From positions 115,627 through 179,626 of IMG/VR virus record IMGVR_UViG_3300027631_000002: a stretch of DNA of 64,000 nucleotides. The stretch is one strand, 5' to 3'. The notes beneath the pieces are model-generated. The model searched no databases. It was not told the DNA's origin and saw only the letters and a program-made list of their open reading frames with translations. This DNA is from a virus. A program made the translations under genes and the position numbers. Positions 9,981 to 19,102 of the stretch are shown here, piece after piece. Every line of letters starts with the position of its first letter. The stretch's first letter is position 1.

Positions 9981-10487
9981 ATGTAGTTCAGTTATGATTA
10001 TAAAATCATATCCTTTCTTATCACACCAAGAAATCATAGTTTCCCACTTAGTCTTATTCTTATAAGCCATTTTAAGATCATACTCGAAGTTTTTTAACTT
10101 CTTTAATCCATTTTGAGGTACATTCATTTTTCCTTCTTTTAAATCAATTACCATTTGATATTCTTTCATTGGCTTTACTTCAACCACGACTCTCTTTCTA
10201 GTTCCATCTGCAAGTTGCATCTCATAATAAAAGTCTGGATAATAACAGTGTTCTTTAACTCTCATATCACCATTGTCAAAATGAGTCATTTGATAAGGTA
10301 TTTTAAGACACTCTGCACCCCACATTAAAATACTTGAGTTATTATCTAACCAAGTCATTATTCTCTTCTCCCAAGAGCTTCTAAAGTAAACTCCACCGTT
10401 AGTATTTAGTTTCATTACTTTATCCTTATTTATAGGAATAAAATTTCCCTGGTTGTAGTTCTTATTATTTGGTTTTGAATTTATCAT
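9960..10487 (-). CDS. gp4: Head completion nuclease, T4 gp4-like (TnsA-like fold)
   Basis: YFRSSWEK, IPY, YYPDFY, VVEVKP. Confidence 0.85.
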   Translation of the reverse strand: MINSKPNNKNYNQGNFIPINKDKVMKLNTNGGVYFRSSWEKRIMTWLDNNSSILMWGAECLKIPYQMTHFDNGDMRVKEHCYYPDFYYEMQLADGTRKRVVVEVKPMKEYQMVIDLKEGKMNVPQNGLKKLKNFEYDLKMAYKNKTKWETMISWCDKKGYDFIIITELHLKKFGI

Positions 10488-10517
10488 ATTTTATATATAA
10501 ATAAAAATAATTCTCTT

Positions 10518-11222
10518 ATGGCAGTTGTTGATTCTTTGTTAGAACGTGTTAAACTAGCTTTACTTTATAACGGAAATGGAATAGTTGAAAATTTTAAAAA
10601 TAACTCCTTATTTTTCTATGATAAGTATAGTAAATCTAGTAAAGATGTTGAATCTATAAATATTAAAGATATTTATCCTGGTGGGTTTTACTTTTTTCAC
10701 TATAAAGACGATTCTAATTGGATGAAATATTCACCAGTATTTGTTGTCGATTTTAAAAAATTTGAAGATAAAGTAATTCTATTTGCAGTGAATTTTAATT
10801 TTATTCCGATGGAGATAAGAGCTCAGATATTTAATAAGTATATACAAACAAATGACTTTGAAAACAATACTTTCTTAAAGGTAAATTATGAAGGAATGTA
10901 TAAAGAATTGTTAAATTCTGGATTTGAATATGCTTTAATGGAGTTTAATGCAGTACAACTAGTTTTGGTTCATAGAATTCATTTAGAACTACTACCTAGA
11001 TTTCTTTATTCTCAACATCCTATCAATAAATATGATCCACAAAAACTAGTACAAATTTGGCAAGCAAAACTTTCTAGTAGAAATGAAAGACATAAAGAAG
11101 TAATCTCATCTATTCTAAGTGACTTCTATGATGTAAATAACGAAATATCAGACAAATATAATGTTATGAGAGATCATATAAAACGTCTTCAGACCAGTCT
11201 TACCAAGTACGGAAAAAGATAG
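10518..11222 (+). CDS. gp2: DNA end-protector protein, T4 gp2-like
   Basis: PGGFYFFHY..YSPVFV..AVNFNFIP pattern; lies next to gp4 and the portal. Confidence 0.6.
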   Translation: MAVVDSLLERVKLALLYNGNGIVENFKNNSLFFYDKYSKSSKDVESINIKDIYPGGFYFFHYKDDSNWMKYSPVFVVDFKKFEDKVILFAVNFNFIPMEIRAQIFNKYIQTNDFENNTFLKVNYEGMYKELLNSGFEYALMEFNAVQLVLVHRIHLELLPRFLYSQHPINKYDPQKLVQIWQAKLSSRNERHKEVISSILSDFYDVNNEISDKYNVMRDHIKRLQTSLTKYGKR

Positions 11223-11265
11223 TAAAATGTAGAAAGGAAGAAGTTTATTTTTTATATATAGTTAT

Positions 11266-11415
11266 ATGAAAGCAAAAGATATAATGGAAAAATATAATAT
11301 AACTCGAAGAACATTACATAATTGGGTTAAAAAAGGTGTTATCGAAGTAGAACTTACTCCAACAGGTAGATATATCTACATTGAAAAAAATAAAAAGTCT
11401 GATGAAAAGTTGTAG
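11266..11415 (+). CDS. Small MerR/excisionase-type HTH protein (49 aa; not in the ORF track)
   Basis: MKAKDIMEKYNITRRTLHNWVKKGVIEVELTPTGRYIY; start lies 5 nt after a TATATATA motif; overlaps the next gene. Confidence 0.65.
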   Translation: MKAKDIMEKYNITRRTLHNWVKKGVIEVELTPTGRYIYIEKNKKSDEKL

Positions 11416-12127
11416 TAAATGTAAGTTAGATAAAGAATTGACTTTATTCTATAAATGTTCATCTAGTAAAGATGGTCATAGGTCAAATTGTATTACTTGT
11501 TGTAAACAATGGAAAATTGATAATAAAGAAAAAATAAATGACTATTTAGTAAGTAATAAGGAAAGACTTTCTAAAAATAGAAGTGAGAGATACCAGCTCA
11601 ATAAAGATTTCTTTATCTTAAAATCATCCAACTATTATAAAAATAATAGAGAAGAAATTAAACTCAAATCAAATCTATATTATGAGAATAATAAAGAATC
11701 TAAGTTAGAGTATCAAAAAGAGTATCAAAAAAATAATAAAGATAAGAGAAATACTTATCTAAGTGAAAGAAGACTGAATGATCCCTTATTTAGACTAATA
11801 ACAAATGTTAGGAATTTAATATATAATTCATTCTATTATAATGGATATTCAAAAAATTCAAAGACCGAAGAACTATTAGGATGTTCTTTTGAAGAATTAA
11901 AAGAGTATTTAGAATCTAAGTTTGAACCTTGGATGAACTGGGATAATAGAGGATTGTATAGTGGTGAGTTTAACTATGGTTGGGATATAGATCATGTTAT
12001 ACCATTATCAAGTGTAAATAAAGAAGATGAAATAATAAAATTAAATCACTATACTAATTTACAACCACTCTGTAGTAAAATAAACAGAGATATAAAGAAA
12101 GATAATTTAGAATATGGCGTCATATAA
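11402..12127 (+). CDS. HNH homing-endonuclease-like protein
   Basis: N-terminal CxxC..CxxC; C-terminal WDIDHVIPL..NHYTNLQPLC..N. Overlaps the portal start. Confidence 0.8.
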   Translation: MKSCSKCKLDKELTLFYKCSSSKDGHRSNCITCCKQWKIDNKEKINDYLVSNKERLSKNRSERYQLNKDFFILKSSNYYKNNREEIKLKSNLYYENNKESKLEYQKEYQKNNKDKRNTYLSERRLNDPLFRLITNVRNLIYNSFYYNGYSKNSKTEELLGCSFEELKEYLESKFEPWMNWDNRGLYSGEFNYGWDIDHVIPLSSVNKEDEIIKLNHYTNLQPLCSKINRDIKKDNLEYGVI

Positions 12128-13877
12128 TAATTTCAGTCAAGAAAATCAAAATAACGTTGGATCAAACTTTGCGATGGTAAATTCATCTGGAGTTGAGAAT
12201 AAAGGCTTGTTTAGTAGGATTTTGAGAAACTTATCATCATATGGAATGAACTTTGATGACATGATTGTGAGGAATCAAGTAGGTATTGGTATCAATGAAG
12301 ATCCATACGCTGCTAAAGGAAATTCGATGTACGATTTTTTTTCAAGCCGGGCGGTTGCATCAGTATTGAATAGAAAATCTATTCCTTATTTAGATAAAGC
12401 TTACGCAGATAAAAGAAGAATTTTAAGAGAGTATTCAGTTAAAGATGAAATTAGAGACTTTATAAGCACTGTTGCAGACGAATGTATAGTGTATAATGAT
12501 GAGAGAGATTTCTGTTCTGTTACTGCACTTCCAACGTCTTATTCACAAGAAGTACAAGATAAGTACCAAGAGTATTTTGAAAGAATTTATAACAAGTTTG
12601 GATTTGCAGATAATATCACTGCGTGGAACATGATGAAGGATTTCTTAATTGATGGTTATTTAGCACTTGAGATTATTTATGATGATAAAAAGAAGAATAT
12701 TATTGGATTTAATAGAATTAGACCAGAGACAGTAGTTCCTGCATATGAACCAAGTATAGGACACTTATGGATTCAGTTCCCTGAAGATCCACAATTAAGA
12801 AGAATATTTTTAGATTCACAATTAGTTTATATTTCATATTCAACTCAAAATGAATTTTCCGAAACATCATATATAGAGGGTTTAATTAAGCCTTATAATC
12901 AATTAAAGATTTTACAACAAACAAGAATTATGTTTAACATTATCAATGCTACTGTTTATCAAAAGTTCACTATTCCAATTAAAGGAATGTCTAGACAAAG
13001 AGCAGAAGAACAAATAGGTCAATTGATTCATGATTATTCAGAAGAAGTAGAATGGGATGAATCATTGGGTACAATGACGATCAATGGTTCTAAACATTTA
13101 CCTTACAACAAACAAGTTTGGTTTCCTGATGGGGATGGTGGTACTCCTAATATGGAATTAGTTTCTCCACAAGGACATAACTTAAATGATGATTCAATGT
13201 TAGATTGGTTCTTCAAAGCTTTAAAAAGATCTTCTAAGATTCCAATGTCAAGATTTGAAAGTGATAATGGTGGGGGTAATCTAGTTACCGATGCTGCTGA
13301 GATGACAAGAGATGAGATTAAGTTTCATAACTTTATTAGTAGATTACGAGCAAATTTTAAAGAATTGATTGTTAAACCACTAAGACTACAAATGTTGATA
13401 GAGTTTCCTGAGTTTATAGAGGATGAATTCTTTACAAATGGAGTCGATGTTACTTTTTTCTCAAATCAAGTATTTGAAGAATGGAAGAAATTAAATAATT
13501 TAGAAAAGAAATCAGGTATTGTTGGAACATTACTTGGTGTAATGAATGGTGAGAAACCATACTTTCATATTGACTGGATCATGGATAACATATTTAAACT
13601 TACTCCTGAAGAAAAAGCAGAAAACCAAAAATGTTGGGATAAAGATGCTATGAATGCTGCTGCTAATGCAACTGGTGAACCTGGTATGCCATCTGAAGGT
13701 GGTGGAGGTGGTGGAATGCCATCAGAAGGTGGTGCTCCTCCAGAAGGAGGTAGTCAAATCGCTCCAGAAGGTGGTGGTGCTCAAGCCGCTCCAGAAGGTG
13801 GTGGTGCTCAAGCCGCACCTCAAGCCGCACCTGAAGCTCCTCCTGCACCTGAATCCGGTGGGGAATTTGAATTCTAA
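12114..13877 (+). CDS. gp20: Portal protein
   Basis: gp20-like motifs (IDGYLALE, DEIKFHNFISRLRANF); low-complexity G/P/A/E tail. Confidence 0.9.
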   Translation: MASYNNFSQENQNNVGSNFAMVNSSGVENKGLFSRILRNLSSYGMNFDDMIVRNQVGIGINEDPYAAKGNSMYDFFSSRAVASVLNRKSIPYLDKAYADKRRILREYSVKDEIRDFISTVADECIVYNDERDFCSVTALPTSYSQEVQDKYQEYFERIYNKFGFADNITAWNMMKDFLIDGYLALEIIYDDKKKNIIGFNRIRPETVVPAYEPSIGHLWIQFPEDPQLRRIFLDSQLVYISYSTQNEFSETSYIEGLIKPYNQLKILQQTRIMFNIINATVYQKFTIPIKGMSRQRAEEQIGQLIHDYSEEVEWDESLGTMTINGSKHLPYNKQVWFPDGDGGTPNMELVSPQGHNLNDDSMLDWFFKALKRSSKIPMSRFESDNGGGNLVTDAAEMTRDEIKFHNFISRLRANFKELIVKPLRLQMLIEFPEFIEDEFFTNGVDVTFFSNQVFEEWKKLNNLEKKSGIVGTLLGVMNGEKPYFHIDWIMDNIFKLTPEEKAENQKCWDKDAMNAAANATGEPGMPSEGGGGGGMPSEGGAPPEGGSQIAPEGGGAQAAPEGGGAQAAPQAAPEAPPAPESGGEFEF

Positions 13878-13883
13878 TATAAA

Positions 13884-13917
13884 TAAAAAATCCTTTCAAT
13901 TGAAAGGATTTTTTTTA
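13884..13917. terminator. Bidirectional intrinsic terminator
   Basis: AAAAAATCCTTTCAATTGAAAGGATTTTTTT palindrome between convergent genes. Confidence 0.8.
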
Positions 13918-14334
13918 TGCAGCATTTTTTGGTGCTTCTATTATAAAGTTTAAAGTCTTTTCATATAGAAATTGACTTACTTCAACTTCCATACCTACCT
14001 GCATCATTGTTTTAACTATTCTACCACATTCTGTATCAAGTACTTTAGATTTTAAAGTAAGTTTCTCAATCTTATTATTATTTAAGACAAATGTCATTCC
14101 TGTTATAGAACAACACACCTTTTTTAAGTATACCTGATGACTATGTTGATCATCGAGTGTAATATATTTCTGAATATCATCAATATCAAACTGTATTTTT
14201 TTACTACCTTCTAAAAGATAATTTAATTTTATCTCACGATAAACAGATTTCCAAGTTGGATAACTAGAAAGTGCTAAATTATAATCATCAAATTCTAAAT
14301 CATCTGCTAATATAACATCAAATAAATAGTCCAT
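13915..14334 (-). CDS. Hypothetical protein
   Basis: ORF coupled to the rnr stop; contains YREIKLNYLL. Confidence 0.65.
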   Translation of the reverse strand: MDYLFDVILADDLEFDDYNLALSSYPTWKSVYREIKLNYLLEGSKKIQFDIDDIQKYITLDDQHSHQVYLKKVCCSITGMTFVLNNNKIEKLTLKSKVLDTECGRIVKTMMQVGMEVEVSQFLYEKTLNFIIEAPKNAA

Positions 14335-16217
14335 TAGAACAATTCAAAATCGATTTGTTTTCTGTCTAGATCAACTGATTTAACAATTACTTTTACTTCA
14401 TCACCTAATCTTACTGATCCACCTGATTTTAAATTAACTGTATAGTTTTCTGCATCTACTTTATGATTTCCATTATATCTAACCATACCTTCACATTTAC
14501 TTTCAATAAGTTCAACATACATACCCCAATCGGTTACTCCTGATATAATTCCATCAAATACTTGTCCGATTTTATCTTCTAAGAATTCAATCTGTTTATA
14601 TTTAATAGAATCTCTTTGAGCTTTTGCTGCTAAGATTTCTCTTTCAGAACACCATTTTGCCATACCTTCAATCTTTTGAGGACTTCCATTAGATTTCTTA
14701 TTTAAAAAGTCTAATAGAACTCTATGAGTGATTAAGTCTGGATATCTTCTGATTGGTGATGTAAAGTGAGAATAATGAGTAAACCCTAATCCATAGTGTC
14801 CAGAGTTTACTATTGTATAACTTGCTTTAGACATACATCTTGTGATTAAAGTTTCAATCATATTTTCTTCTGGTTTACCTTTTATGTCAGCAACTAGTTC
14901 ATTTATAGATTTTTTCAAATCTTGTGTATTTTCAACAACATCTAAAGTATATCCAAAATTCTTACATATTAGAGAAAGTGCTTCTAACTTCTCAACATTA
15001 GGAGTACTATGTACTCTATAAACATTGTGATACTTCGCATCATAAAGAAGTTTTGCAACTAATTTATTGGCAAGTAACATATATTCTTCAATTAGTTTAT
15101 TTGCATCTTTCTGTTCTTTGAAGAAAACTCCAATAGGTTTCTTAGTAGTTGGCTCTAATTTGAATCTAACTTCTATACCACCCATTTCGATAGAACCATC
15201 ACTGATTCTTTGTTTTCTCATTTTCTTAGCAATAGTATCTAATAATAATATTTCGGTTTTGAAATCTCCTTCTTTACCTTCAATTATTTCTTGAGCTTCT
15301 TCATAAGAATATCTTCTATCTGAGTGTATTATAGTTTTTCCAAACCATTTATCTAATAGTTTTCCATCACTATCTAATTTAACTATAACTGAGAAACAAA
15401 GTTTATCTTCATTAGGTCTTAACGAACATACTCCATTACTTAATCTCTCTGGTAACATTGGTACACATCTATCAACTAAGTAAACTGATGTTGCTCTTTT
15501 AATAGCTTCTTCATCAATTATTCCACCTTCTTTAACATAGTGTGAAACATCTGCAATATGTATACCTACTTCTACTGTATTATCATCAAGTATATTAACC
15601 GAAAGAGCGTCGTCAAAATCTTTGGCGTCGACTGGGTCAATTGTAAATGTTGTGATATTTCTTAAATCTCGTCTGTTACTGATTTCTGATTCGTGAATTG
15701 TGAAGTCTATCAATTCCGCCTCGGCTTCTACCATTAAAGGAAAGTTGTTTGGTAAACCGTACTCATACATAATTGAGTTCATTTCTGCATTATTTTCACC
15801 TGAACTACCAAGTATCTCTACTATTTTTGCTTTTGGTGATTTTGTTCCTGGTTCCCAGTCGATTAGTTCGACAAGAACTTTTTGATCGTGTATTGCATCG
15901 TTTTCTCCTTTTATATAAAAGTCGACACCTATTTTTTGACTGTCTGGTACTACAAAGATTAGTCTTTTATTTTCTTTGTTTATTTGTACTTTACCAACAA
16001 ATTGTGTTCTGAATCTTTCGAGAACTTCAATAACTTCGGCTTCAATTTTATTGTTCTTAGTTATTGTTTTAACTTTAACTTTATCACCATTAAGTGAGTT
16101 AAGTGTATTTTTCTTAAATATGAAGAGATTTTTATCTCCTATATCTATTGAGGCATTTCCGCTGTTTGCGAAATCGATAGTGCCCTCAAAAACACTATCT
16201 TCTTTAATTTTATTCAT
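14334..16217 (-). CDS. rnr: Ribonuclease R (RNB family)
   Basis: Cold-shock-like N-terminus, catalytic TIDPVDAKDFDDA, HFTSPIRRYPDL, C-terminal S1 domain. Confidence 0.95.
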   Translation of the reverse strand: MNKIKEDSVFEGTIDFANSGNASIDIGDKNLFIFKKNTLNSLNGDKVKVKTITKNNKIEAEVIEVLERFRTQFVGKVQINKENKRLIFVVPDSQKIGVDFYIKGENDAIHDQKVLVELIDWEPGTKSPKAKIVEILGSSGENNAEMNSIMYEYGLPNNFPLMVEAEAELIDFTIHESEISNRRDLRNITTFTIDPVDAKDFDDALSVNILDDNTVEVGIHIADVSHYVKEGGIIDEEAIKRATSVYLVDRCVPMLPERLSNGVCSLRPNEDKLCFSVIVKLDSDGKLLDKWFGKTIIHSDRRYSYEEAQEIIEGKEGDFKTEILLLDTIAKKMRKQRISDGSIEMGGIEVRFKLEPTTKKPIGVFFKEQKDANKLIEEYMLLANKLVAKLLYDAKYHNVYRVHSTPNVEKLEALSLICKNFGYTLDVVENTQDLKKSINELVADIKGKPEENMIETLITRCMSKASYTIVNSGHYGLGFTHYSHFTSPIRRYPDLITHRVLLDFLNKKSNGSPQKIEGMAKWCSEREILAAKAQRDSIKYKQIEFLEDKIGQVFDGIISGVTDWGMYVELIESKCEGMVRYNGNHKVDAENYTVNLKSGGSVRLGDEVKVIVKSVDLDRKQIDFELF

Positions 16218-16605
16218 TATTTAATTTTTTTTTGTTTTTAGAAATGTTATCTACTCCATACTTCTGTACTAATGTTTTCTTCATCTTTTCTAAAACTTTT
16301 TTATTCTGTATCGGATAATCAACTCCGAAATTTTTTCTTAATGTTTCTTTTCTTTTAACTTCAGAACACTTTCTACAATAATAATCTCCCCAATCATTAT
16401 CATATTTTAAGTAGTTCTTATAGATTACTTCTTTTTCAATTCCACAAGTGTCACATTTACATTTGATTTTGTAATGTGATCCTTTCGGTAATAATTCAAC
16501 TGGAATTATAATTTCTTCACTTATATACACATCATATCCTAAATCATCATAATAGTTGTAATTTGACTCAGTGATTTTCACATTTATCTCTCTTGATAGG
16601 ATCAT
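16210..16605 (-). CDS. Zinc-finger protein resembling the N-terminal part of phage homing endonucleases; no nuclease domain visible
   Basis: CKCDTC..YCRKC followed by NFGVDY/KYGVDN repeats. Confidence 0.55.
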   Translation of the reverse strand: MILSREINVKITESNYNYYDDLGYDVYISEEIIIPVELLPKGSHYKIKCKCDTCGIEKEVIYKNYLKYDNDWGDYYCRKCSEVKRKETLRKNFGVDYPIQNKKVLEKMKKTLVQKYGVDNISKNKKKLNNE

Positions 16606-16803
16606 AAAAAACCGCATTTTTTTAAGTATTTATTAAATATAGCGTTTCTCCTCTAAAATTTTCACAAAGATAAAAAATCCAGTAGATATACCTAATAAAA
16701 ATCAAAAAAATTTTTTTACTATAAAGAATCCACCTTTAAAATTTTATTGTTTTCCAGGTTAAATATATACCATCGTAATAACTACAAAAAATAATTATTT
16801 TAA

Positions 16804-19014
16804 ATGAAACCGGTTTTAATAGTAGAAAATTCAACAAGTTCGCTTATTAGAGAGTCAAACTCTACTAATAAGGAGTATGTATTGGGTGGTACTTTTACTG
16901 AGTTTGGTGTAAAGAATCGTAATGAGAGGATATATCAAGCTGAGAAATTTTTACCAGCACTACAAGAAATGAATGAAAGAATGAGCAGCCTAGGTGTTGT
17001 TTATGGTGAATTCGATCACCCGGATGTTTTTGATACTTCGTTATCAAGAGCATCACACATTATTACAAAGGCAGAATTTGTTGCTGAAAAGAACATTGTT
17101 GCTGGAGAAATAAAATTACTAAGTACTTACTGGGGTAAGGAAGCTAAATCATTAGTTGATGACGGATGTCCAGTTTTTGTATCATCAAGAGCAGCTGGTA
17201 TAACAGAATCAGATGGTTCAGTATCATTAAAAAAACTTTTTACTTATGACATTGTTGCAGATCCTGGATTTGCATCAGCAAAAATGAGTGTAAGAGTATT
17301 AAATGAATCGTTAGGTTTTTGCCCAGAAGGACAAATCGAAAAAAATAACTTTAGGATATATGAATTATCTGACGAGTCAAAAATAAATGAACTATTCAAT
17401 ATGAACAAAGATGAATTTGTAACCAAGAAACAGTTAAGTGATTATTCACAGTATTTGGTTAAAGAGATTGCTTCAACAAAGAGTGAAGTGAAAAGTGCAA
17501 TTTCAAAAGGTAATATGAGCCCACAGAAATTGGAACAATTGTTAGAGTATTATGAAGAATTAAATAATACTAATTCACAAGTTGCTAAATATTTAGATTA
17601 TTTAGCTGACAAAATTCAAGTTGTAGTTAATGAAAATAAATCATTAAAAGACACAACTGAAAAATTGGCTAAACACAACGACTATTTAGCAGAAAATTTA
17701 GAAAAAGCTATTGCTTATTCTGAATATGTTGCTGAAAACTTAGACAAAAACATTGAGTATTCAGAATACTTAGCTGAAAACTTAGACAAAAACATTAATT
17801 ATTCAGAATATATTGCAGAGAACTTAGATAAAAATATCTCTTATTCAGAATACTTAGCTGAAAACTTAGACAAAAACATTGAATATTCTGAATATTTAGC
17901 AGAAAACTTAGACAAGAATATTGCTTACTCAGAATATATTGCAGAAAATTTAGACAAAAACATCGCTTACTCAGAATATATTGCTGAGAATGTTGATAAC
18001 TCAATTGCTTACTCAGAATACTTAGCAGAACACGTAGAAGGTAACATCGCTTACTCAGAATACATTGCTGAACATTTAGATGATAACATTGCATACTCTG
18101 AATATGTTGCTGAAAGTTTAGATAAATCTATCTCTTATCAAGGAATGATCGTTGAAAGATTAAATGGTGGTTTTAAATTAAATGAATCTACTGAAGAAGG
18201 TGATGAAGCTCAATTCCCTACATTACAAGACGCTGGTTTTGAAGAAAATGAAGATGAATTAGAAGGATCAGAAGAAGATGAATTCACAGGACACGAAGAT
18301 CACGAAGGTCACGAAGGTCATGAAGGATTTGCAGAAGAGGCTAAAGAATTTGCTGAAGAGGCTAAAGAGTTTGCTGAAGATGCTGCAGAGTTTGCTGGAG
18401 AACACGAAGGTGAAGGTCACGAAGGTGAAGAACATGAAGAAGAATTAGAAGGTGAAGAAGGTCAAGGTCTTGAATCTCAATTTATGGGAGAAGAAGACTC
18501 AGAACTTTCTGAATCAATAAATAAATTAATTGAAGAAGCTAAAAAACGTAAAGTTTCTGAAAGCAGTGATTTGAACTTTTTAAAGTTCTTAAACAAATCA
18601 CAAGTTGATAGCTTTTATGCATTATCAAACGAAGAACAAGAAAATGTGAAACTACACATAAACGAAAGTAGTTATTTTACACAGAAAGAAGTTCTTACAT
18701 TGATTGCAGAGTCATTATCAACAAAGAATGAATCTCTTGAAGAAAGAGTAATCAGATTGATGCCGGAAAACATTAAGCCAATCTGGGGACAGTTAAACGA
18801 ATCTGCTAAAAAGTCTATCTTGTCACAAGCTAGATTATATCCAGAAGACGTATTAAAAACTGAAAATCAAATTGAGCATTTCTGGGGAACTAGAAATATC
18901 AAAAAAAATGAATCTTCAACTAAGAAATTAGTAGCACATGAAGCTTTAATCCAAGAAGACAAATTGTCTGATAATGAGATGACTGCAATAATGGAAAGAT
19001 TCAAAAGTATATAA
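16804..19014 (+). CDS. gp21: Prohead protease fused to a repeat-rich scaffold region
   Basis: KNRNERIY, GEFDHP and VSSRAAG protease motifs, then 14-aa repeats and an acidic tract; lies directly before the capsid gene. Confidence 0.9.
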   Translation: MKPVLIVENSTSSLIRESNSTNKEYVLGGTFTEFGVKNRNERIYQAEKFLPALQEMNERMSSLGVVYGEFDHPDVFDTSLSRASHIITKAEFVAEKNIVAGEIKLLSTYWGKEAKSLVDDGCPVFVSSRAAGITESDGSVSLKKLFTYDIVADPGFASAKMSVRVLNESLGFCPEGQIEKNNFRIYELSDESKINELFNMNKDEFVTKKQLSDYSQYLVKEIASTKSEVKSAISKGNMSPQKLEQLLEYYEELNNTNSQVAKYLDYLADKIQVVVNENKSLKDTTEKLAKHNDYLAENLEKAIAYSEYVAENLDKNIEYSEYLAENLDKNINYSEYIAENLDKNISYSEYLAENLDKNIEYSEYLAENLDKNIAYSEYIAENLDKNIAYSEYIAENVDNSIAYSEYLAEHVEGNIAYSEYIAEHLDDNIAYSEYVAESLDKSISYQGMIVERLNGGFKLNESTEEGDEAQFPTLQDAGFEENEDELEGSEEDEFTGHEDHEGHEGHEGFAEEAKEFAEEAKEFAEDAAEFAGEHEGEGHEGEEHEEELEGEEGQGLESQFMGEEDSELSESINKLIEEAKKRKVSESSDLNFLKFLNKSQVDSFYALSNEEQENVKLHINESSYFTQKEVLTLIAESLSTKNESLEERVIRLMPENIKPIWGQLNESAKKSILSQARLYPEDVLKTENQIEHFWGTRNIKKNESSTKKLVAHEALIQEDKLSDNEMTAIMERFKSI
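17689..18141 (+). repeat. Coding tandem repeat of 42 nt (AENLDKNIxYSEYx), about 11 copies
   Basis: Read directly in DNA and protein. Confidence 0.9.
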
Positions 19015-19102
19015 TCTATAAAAAATCCATACTTGTCAAAAACGAGTAAAAACAAGGATATATATAGTATTATAAAAAAACTAAAAAAAAAATAAAAATT
19101 TT

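Noticed and set aside
13673-13870. GC-richer repeats at the portal 3' end as a foreign insertion
   Set aside because: They are explained by an in-frame Gly/Pro/Ala/Glu low-complexity tail.
17689-18141. 42-nt tandem repeats as a CRISPR array
   Set aside because: There are no unique spacers, and the variation is synonymous and in frame within a protein.
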